From the NCBI GenBank assembly GCA_964016885.1, contig OZ024743.1, positions 346,580,001-346,644,000 on the forward strand: a stretch of DNA of 64,000 nucleotides, in the 5' to 3' direction. Shown here piece by piece: positions 55,131 to 64,000 of the stretch. Below the pieces are notes generated by a model that ran no database searches, was not told where the DNA came from, and was given only the letters and a program-made list of their open reading frames with translations. The number at the start of each line of letters is the position of its first letter. Position 1 is the first letter of the stretch. This DNA is from Eledone cirrhosa. Lineage: Eukaryota. The translations under genes were made by a program, and so were the position numbers.

Positions 55131-55573
55131 ATGTATACAGATAAAAACAGACAAAAAATGCAGTCTGGTTACAATAAAAAAATGTTGATGTAAAATTATT
55201 CATTTTTTTTTTCATATCATTCGAAAACCACCAGACTATGCAACCTCTAAATATATCCGTATCTCCTTACATTTTCACCTGTCTTCCTTTCAAGGCGGAA
55301 TCGATATAAGGTGTTTCAACAAATACATTTTACCCTACAAATATGAAACACCCTAATGAACAGTCCATTCCTATTTAATAATTATTCTTAGTGGATATTT
55401 GATATTGTTTTGTATTACTATCTTTATAATTTGTTACTATCATTCTTACAGCTATATATAATATTGGTGTACTATTTTATTTACTCGATGAAACCCCAAA
55501 TCTGTTATTTTGTCGTCTTTGTATTGTCCCCAATTTCTTCCGCAGTAAAGGAAATTAATTAGTCAACATTATC

Positions 55574-56583
55574 ATTGGCAGTATCAGTAGAGCATGATTC
55601 ACAGCATAGAGTAACGTACCTTTAGGTTCTGAGTTCAAATCCTGCCGAAGTTATCTTTGCCTTTCATCCTTACGGAGTCGATAAAATAAAGTACCAGTCT
55701 TGCAATGGGGCTCGATTTAAGCGACACATCTCCTTGCCCGAAAAAAGAAAACTGGCCTTGTGCCGAAATCAGAAACCATTCATTCTGAATTCAAATCCCG
55801 CCGAGGTTAACTTTGCCTTTCATCCTTACGGGGTCGATAAAATAAAGTACCTGTAATACACTGGTTAATTGCAGGCCTTGTGCCAAAAGTAGAAACAATT
55901 ATTACTATAATTAATATAAGTATCGGCAAAGCGTCGGACACAATGCTTCACGACATAGAGTTACGGCCCTTTAATTTCTATTTTCAAATCCCGCTGGGGT
56001 TAGCTTCGCCTTTCAACCTGACGGAGTCGATAAAATAAAGTACCAGTTACGCTCTGCGGTCGACTTAATCGACATTCCCCGCACCAAGCATTGTTGGCCT
56101 TCTGTCTAAATCAGAAACCATTATCATTTAGCAGTATCGGTAGAGCGTCAGACACCATGCTTTACGGCATAGAGTTAAGGCCCTTTATTATCTGAGTTCA
56201 AATCCCGCCGAGGTTAATTTGCCTTTCCTCCTTATGGGGTCGATAAAATAAATCCCAGTCACACACTGGGTTCGATTTAATCGATTTCCCTCCCCCCCCC
56301 AAAAAAAAATTGCTGGCCTTGTGTCTATATAAGAAACCATTGTTATTGATATTGTGAGTGCAGCAGATTGGCAGTATCGGTAGAGCGTTGGACAACAAGC
56401 TTCGCGGCATAGAGTTACGGCCCTTCACGTTCTGTGTTCAAATCCCACCGAGGTTAGCTTTGGCTTTCCTCCTTATGGGGTCGATAAAATAAAGCACCAG
56501 TAATACACTGGGGTCGATTTAATCGACTTTGCCCACCCCCTCAAATTGCTGGATTTGTGACTAAAGTCGAAACAATTATTATT
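55574..56583 (+). mobile_element. Cluster of five head-to-tail SINE family A copies
   Basis: Copies at about 55574-55781, 55783-55903, 55919-56127, 56130-56345, 56366-56583, same strand. Confidence 0.92.
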
Positions 56584-57044
56584 AATGTTGTTGTTATCAT
56601 CATTGCTATAAAGCAGCTAACTCATTACTTTGGAGTCAACTAAGTTTTAATTTTCAACAGAAATGAAGTATTTTATTAAACTCTTACCTTCACTTCAATC
56701 TCTGGCACCATCGCTTAAACACAAGTGTTTATAATATATCTATTTATGTAAGTGTATATTTACGTTTCTTTATGTCTATATATAGATATATAGGTGTGTG
56801 TGTGTGTCTGTGTGGGTGTGTGTGTGTGCATATATGTGTGCCTGTATGCGCGTGTATAAGTACACAATAAGCTTCAGTATATTGCCTGCCATTATATTAG
56901 ATGCCAAATGAAGGCATTTAATAAGATATATTCTTATGTGTATATATATACACAGACATACACACTCACACACTCACACACATATATATATATAAATAAA
57001 TACATGTGCATATACGTAGTCAAATATATATGTAGTTATGTATA

Positions 57045-57210
57045 CATACATACCTACATCCGTACATACATACATACATCCGTACATACATACATACATA
57101 CATCCGTACATACATAGATACATACATCCATCCATACATGCATACATACATACATACATACATACATACATACATACATACATACATACATACATACATA
57201 CATGCATACA
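57045..57210. repeat. (TACA)n microsatellite
   Basis: Direct reading. Confidence 0.93.
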
Positions 57211-57714
57211 TGATATGTATTTCTTGATTTATCTCTGAATAATTTCATATGTGTGCGCTGGTAATTATTTTGCTAATTATTATCTCTGGAGTATATTCTG
57301 ACTTATTTAAATTATCTCTATGCAAATTACATATACATGTATGCGCATATATATGTTTGATATTTTATAATAATGTGTGTGTGTGTATTTATAAAGTGCA
57401 TTTTATTTGGATATTTTCAAATAAATTTTATTACAAAGATTATATCTAAATAGATATCGCTATAAACATGCATATAAGCAGACACGTACGCATACACAGA
57501 CATAGAAGCGTATATATATGTGAAATGGATATACTTCTTTTTAAAAACATCTATATATTTATATGTTTTTGCCAGTGTTCTTCATACAGATTCCTTAAAA
57601 GGTTATTTATAGATTTAATAGCATATATACCACATATCTTTAGGTTACGATAATTAATGAAAACGTTTCCTACAAAAATATAAGAAAACACCAATCACTT
57701 TGGCTGATGAATAT

Positions 57715-58015
<301 letters not shown>

Positions 58016-58357
58016 TACGAACAAAGTAAAACACAAAACAAACGTCGAACATTAAAAAGGGAAAGACGAACGAGAAATAGAAAAAGATTAAATAAAAATA
58101 TCATCGAGAACACCAACAACAAAACTATATCAGCATTAGAAACAATAACAACATCAACATAAGTGCAGATGAGATTAAACTGCTGTGAGAAAATGTATTT
58201 TGAAGAGTTGAACTCCAATGAAAAATTCGATTTCAAATTGGGATTATAGATAAAATAAACAAAAAACAAGGCGTTTGGTATATATATATACTGTATATAC
58301 ATACATACTTACATACTTACATACTTACACACACACACACACACACACACAATCATA

Positions 58358-58391
<34 letters not shown>

Positions 58392-58526
58392 CAGAGGGAT
58401 ATTCAAGTTGTTGGTAATTCAATAAATATAAATGTTTATAACTGATTCAAAGCACTCGACAAGTTTTCTGGAGTATAATATTCAATGATATTAAATAAAC
58501 GAAAACTATATTTATAGAACCATATT

Positions 58527-58591
58527 TATTCTATTATATATATATATTTCAAGAGTACCAAAACTTTGGTACGCTCTCATCAGATAAAATA
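58527..58591 (-). ncRNA. Type I minimal hammerhead ribozyme, intact core (family B)
   Basis: tattttat-CTGATGA-gagcgtaccaa/agtt/ttggtactctt-GAAA-(ta)5-TA-atagaata. Confidence 0.8.
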
Positions 58592-58715
58592 CAAAGTTTG
58601 TTTCATAAATATTGACGTAACCAGGAAAGAAGAACTTAAATTGACTATCCAGGAAAAACTTGAACCGTTAAGTTCTTCTTTCCTGGTTATGTCAATATTT
58701 ATAAAATAAACTTTG

Positions 58716-58776
58716 TATTTTATCTGATGAATGCGTACCAAAATTTTGGTACCGTTGACATATATATAATAGAATA
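58716..58776 (+). ncRNA. Hammerhead copy with GAAA>GACA (family B)
   Basis: tattttat-CTGATGA-atgcgtaccaaaattttggtaccgtt-GACA-tatata-TA-atagaata. Confidence 0.7.
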
Positions 58777-58815
58777 TATATGGTTTTATAAATATAGTTT
58801 CCATTTATTTAATAT

Positions 58816-58846
<31 letters not shown>

Positions 58847-60234
58847 ATACCTTTTACTTATCGTCACGTAATATTCTGTGTACTTGTCATACCATAATTG
58901 CTATAAGTTGTTTTCTCGTCTGTTACTCTATAGGACAGAACTTTCACTTGTGTGATCTCGATTAAACCAGCAGTAGTATTGTACCAGCAGTAGTGTTGAT
59001 ATGGGTCAAGAGTGCCAAACTCCATCTCAACGACCCATGGCCCTGGAATCCTGTGTCTTTCATTTGTATTTTTCAAAAAATAATTGTTTAAGGTTTCCGC
59101 TTAAAAAAAGGTTTTTCGTTTTACCTTGTTTTCGTTCTCTCTCTCTCTACCACTCACTTATTCTCTTTCTCTCTTACCATCTCTCTCCTTTCTCCCCTCT
59201 CTCTCTCTATTCCCTTACTAGTTCCCCCGCCCCCCTCTCACTTCCGTTTTCCTTCGTCTCTCCCTCTTTGTGCCTGTTCTCGCTATGACCAGACGTTTTT
59301 CTGTCCGTTCTCCCTCATGCTGTTAATACGAATTCATGTCTTACGTTCGGTCCCCTTTTTAAATTCTCCCTCTCTCTCACCGGTTACTGCAACTTACATG
59401 TAGTGCTGTCTCGTGTTTCCCCATCTCTATCGGTATGTTTTTCTTTTGTTTATTTTCTTTTTCTGTGGTTCTCTTCGCTATCATCTCTGTTGTTTTCTTG
59501 TTTTCTTCCCTGTTAATTATTCCTCTTAATTATCAACGCAGTATTGTGAGATGTACTGTCTTTAATGCGTAGAAAGATTAGCGACCCAGAGCAGACAACC
59601 GAAGAGCATGATATCATGTGTATTTAATATAACCTCGGGCCAACAAACGCCTTGTGAGTCAAATTGTACGGATGCAAACTGTTTTGAAACCCTAGGAATG
59701 TAACTGTACCTGTAATTCAAAGACCCACCCATGTCACAAACACATAAATGTATCCGTGTTTGTAGCAATCTCAACCATTTATACGTTAATTAATTTTATA
59801 TGTAGGCATTACTGCTGGTCTAAAATGTGGTTCACTCGTCGTCGAAACCAACTGATGTTATATATTGTTTTAAATATAAATTCTCCAAATTCTGGAATGT
59901 ATATGTACCTGGTACATCTGTATTGAGAGGTATTTTAAACCATATATATAGAAGGTGGGGGAAGCATCCACCGCTGCTTCTGGCTGTGTTGCCATTTTGA
60001 AGGTTACGCACCCCTTCTTTCTGCTAAAACTAGGTGGGTGGTGACAGCCACAACTTTAGAATTTATAGCAAATAACTTTTAAATAGTTATTCGTAAACAT
60101 ATCATATATTATTCTATATACAAACCTTGTATGAATACAGCTATGTTCAGGCCGACCAGCCCAATGGTCAGTATTCAAATGAAACTAATCTGTCCATATA
60201 CACAGCCATTAAAACTATATGTTCGCTGGTTATC

Positions 60235-60237
<3 letters not shown>

Positions 60238-60277
<40 letters not shown>

Positions 60278-60280
60278 ATG

Positions 60281-60363
<83 letters not shown>

Positions 60364-60462
60364 ATATATGTATATTACGTGTGTGTGTGTTTGCAACACA
60401 TATGTATATGTATGCACATATATATAAACATATATACCATACACCCTCATAGACACACACAC

Positions 60463-60503
<41 letters not shown>

Positions 60504-60608
60504 TACATATATATATACATATATACATATATATATACATATATACATATATATACATATATATATATACATATATACATATATGTAGACATATATATGT
60601 ATATGTAG

Positions 60609-60648
<40 letters not shown>

Positions 60649-60670
60649 ATGTATGCATATATATATGTAT
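60238..60670. repeat. (TA)n-rich microsatellite block
   Basis: Direct reading. Confidence 0.93.
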
Positions 60671-61038
60671 ATAATAGAAACATACATAATCCAAGTATAT
60701 GTCAGCGTATATGTCACTATATGTAATCAAACCAAGACAAGAAGGGTGGGGCCAGTTGTGAAGAATAGAGCAGTCTAATTGTCTGTGAGGCAGAGAGATT
60801 AATCAATTCCGGAGGTGAATAATCTGAGCGGCACAGTTATAAAATGGTAAACTAGAAAGATAACTGGGAATAAGAATATATATGGGGGTACGTGTGTATG
60901 TGTTAAGGGTGAGGTAGAATATATATCTATCTATATATATATAAAACGTATAAATACATATACGTTCATGTATACAAAAACGACGTATACATATATATAA
61001 AACATATACGTTTATGTATACAAAAACTATATATATAC

Positions 61039-61091
<53 letters not shown>

Positions 61092-61227
61092 TGTGTGTTC
61101 GTGTGAGTGTGTAGATGTATATATATTATGTGTTTAAAATACCGTAGTAATGAGAACAAGCAATCATTAACAGATGGAGCGCTCAATACAGATGTTAAAA
61201 TTTATTATGACTACTTCTGTCTGCCTG

Positions 61228-61440
<213 letters not shown>

Positions 61441-61611
61441 AGAAGAGTAAGCTCTAAGGATCTGAGAAGAAGCTAGAATATAATAAAATGAAATAAATGA
61501 GATAAAACTTGTTTAAAAACGGTATATGTTTTGTGTTTTACTGTTCATTTAGGTGTAGATAGATAAATATGTGAGGGTTAATGTTAGAATTAAAATTAGG
61601 GTCTAAATTTG

Positions 61612-61690
61612 GGGTGTTGAACTGCGCTTGCGGTGCCAAATACATTGGTTACACGAAAGGCCACCTGCATAATTAATACACAAACATCTT
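61612..61690 (+). pseudogene. Penelope-like GIY-YIG endonuclease relic
   Basis: LNCACGAKYIGYTKGHLHN* then IHKH after a shift, matching 'CxCGxxYIGxTxRxLxxRIxEH'. Confidence 0.6.
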
Positions 61691-61910
61691 GAAATAGCGA
61701 TGCCGCCTAGTATGATGTTTCAACACAAAGACACATGTGTAAGGAGAATAACCAGAAGATTACTTCCGGTACAAAAACATAAGTTGGATATACGTATAGC
61801 ATAGGCCACGGTTGCCTACACTGAACCCTCGGAGTGACCAGGACACGTAGAAATGCCTATAAACATATTCCGTGTGGTAATGAATTTGCCAAGCCTGGAA
61901 TAATATAGAA

Positions 61911-62035
61911 CAGTTGTTTCTACTTTTGGCATAAGACCAGCAAATGTGGCAGTGCATAACTGGTACTTTATTTTATTGTCCCCGTAAGGATGAAAGACAA
62001 AGTTATCAGCGGCGGGGTTTGAAGTCAGACCGTAA
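61911..62035 (-). mobile_element. SINE family A, diverged and truncated
   Basis: ttgtttctacttttggcataagaccagc...ccccgtaaggatgaaagacaaagtta. Confidence 0.8.
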
Positions 62036-62303
62036 AATAATATAGAAAAATATAGTCTTGTAAAGGCTTATAATTTGAAAGGGATGACTATTAAAGTGAA
62101 CTATACTAACCAAGTAACAAGGCCCGTAATCTGTAGGCACGTGACTGTAGACACCTGATATATTCTTAACATTAATTCTGACCCTAATTCTAACCCTACA
62201 CCTAACCGTAAATGTAATTCTAACATTAATTCTCACAAACTCATGTTGATATATCGAGTACTCATGCTTTCGTAACAATGAATTCGTTCGCAGATATGTA
62301 CAT

Positions 62304-62366
<63 letters not shown>

Positions 62367-62413
62367 ACATGTAGACGAACGTCCTTATGGACGTGCGTCT
62401 ACGCGAGTGAACT

Positions 62414-62503
62414 CATATTTGAGAAGCTTCCTATTCCAGATTCAGGAACGAACATTATTCGATCGTTCCTCCAGCTGATCGGCAGTGAAACATATGTAAT
62501 ATG
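62414..62503 (+). ncRNA. Degenerate hammerhead with long stem II
   Basis: catat-TTGAGAA-gcttcc..ggaacga/tcgttcc..ggcagt-GAAA-catatg-TA-atatg. Confidence 0.4.
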
Positions 62504-62793
62504 TAATTGAATATGTATATGATGCAATACTGATTCTTTGTTCCCATTTATTATTATCCATATTCTGCTCCCCAAGTGCCCAAGAGCATCGAGTGCTCCT
62601 CTTGGCATATCGACTGTGAACGCAATTCAATTGCACTTCTACTACCTATATATATACAGGAAAAAGTTTAACCCCAACGATTTGAGCTCTACCGTCAGGT
62701 TAAAACTTTTTCCTATTAACCACTCTACTACCCTAAGTATTGTGTACTCTTGTGCGTTATGGTCCATCTGGTTCCTTACCACACCTCCTTCGT

Positions 62794-62892
<99 letters not shown>

Positions 62893-63022
62893 GGATACTA
62901 TTTATAGTTATGTATATATCATAGACAACTATAAACAGGGAAGGTCAGTAATTTATTACTACCTTATTACCAGTAAGATAAATAGCTCAATGTAAGAACA
63001 TCATTTGTTATACAGAGCAGTA

Positions 63023-63415
63023 ATATAGAATGCACAAGAATCAAAGCTATGTTAGAACATTTAATTGCTGACAATTGTTTCTTCCAAGCCTAGGCTTGAC
63101 CGCTTCGGAGCATTATTAATAATGTTTGTACATATAATCAGTCTCCTATTCTGCTGAAGAGGCATACAGATACATATTTTGGACAACATTTTGGGATGGA
63201 TGCGACATATATTATGTTATACTATAATTGTACAATAGGATTCAAAATTACAATTAAAAGCTTTTGGTGGAGCACATGTGACAGATAATACAAGAGCGTC
63301 TAGTAAATAAATAAAATTAAAGAGACAATACGTGCGCTAGTCATATAGGCTTGGAAGAAACAATTGACAGCAATTAAATGTTCTAACATAGCTTTGATTC
63401 TTGTGTATTCTATAT
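63023..63415. mobile_element. Element with ~70-bp inverted arms made of the hammerhead 3' half and tail
   Basis: 63023-63092 mirrored by 63346-63415; ends in (TA)n; homologous to about 500-660. Confidence 0.85.
63066..63112 (-). ncRNA. Hammerhead-like motif with variant core (CCGAAGC)
   Basis: tgct-CCGAAGC-gg-tcaagcc/ta/ggcttgg-aa-GAAA-caattg-TC-agca. Confidence 0.55.
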
Positions 63416-63439
63416 ATATATATATATATATATATGTGT

Positions 63440-63527
<88 letters not shown>

Positions 63528-63600
63528 AAACTAAAGAGAATTAACGACACAGTAGAATGAAGAAATATATTAGTTTAACGGTTGATAGAGTACAAAATAT

Positions 63601-63637
63601 GTCTAAATGTTTCGAACACTAGTTATCCATCAGAAGA
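63601..63637 (-). ncRNA. Degenerate minimal hammerhead (family C)
   Basis: tctt-CTGATGG-ataactagtgttc-GAAA-ca-TT-taga; flanks atttctcattct and cgttaaactaatata shared with the 40730-40820 copy. Confidence 0.5.
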
Positions 63638-64000
63638 TAGAATGAGAAATAAAAGATAAAATAGAAAGATATGGACATTGTGTTTAGAAAAAAAAACGTG
63701 TATATTCAGTCACCCATTTTGGAGAAAAAATTGGATCCATACACTTACCGGTTCGTATAAGCCATTCCTCATTCCTACACAGAGCATCGTAAACTATAAT
63801 AATTTTTCTCCACACACTTTTATTCACATATATGATGGGATCTTAAATGTGTAATACAATGTGTTTAAAAGGTTCGATTAAATTAGATTATTTGTGCCAT
63901 GAGTCTCCTGAAGAACGTTTAAAATCTTCCCCGGTCTTAATTTACTTTCGTTGCAAACCTAAGTTGTTTTACAAATCATTCCACATCTCTGATCGTATAT

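Larger units (their letters stand above)
58483..58820. mobile_element. Fold-back element with ~155-bp arms, each carrying a hammerhead
   Basis: 58483-58639 mirrored by 58668-58820 with a ~28-bp spacer; abuts (TA)n. Confidence 0.9.

Noticed and set aside
62175-62230. accctaa-like repeats as a telomere
   Set aside because: Few degenerate interstitial units
63148-63215. Plus-strand ctgaaga..gaca motif
   Set aside because: No stem I; the region is explained as the minus-strand body of the 63066 element

Overview
AT-rich, microsatellite-dense animal genomic DNA with no supportable intact host gene. It looks intergenic or intronic; the SINE families and (TA)n/(TG)n density suggest an octopus or other coleoid cephalopod (inference). 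Most ORFs in the track are translations of microsatellites. The window holds about 20 copies of one tRNA-derived SINE family (several with exact TSDs, plus a 5-copy head-to-tail cluster), decayed LINEs (L1/Tx1-like, RTE, CR1-like), a Penelope GIY-YIG relic, a Helitron helicase relic, a complete non-autonomous Helitron carrying an 8 x ~93 bp array, piggyBac-like and mariner MITEs (nested), and a decayed DDE transposase. The most notable signal is about 10 type I minimal hammerhead ribozyme (HHR) motifs in several families. Two have canonical cores (30562-30632 and 58527-58591, minus strand). They lie in fold-back or tandem elements abutting (TA)n tracts, consistent with Penelope-type or retrozyme-type elements, and one family has an atypical CCGAAG core. 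All structures were read by eye; nothing was computed or searched.
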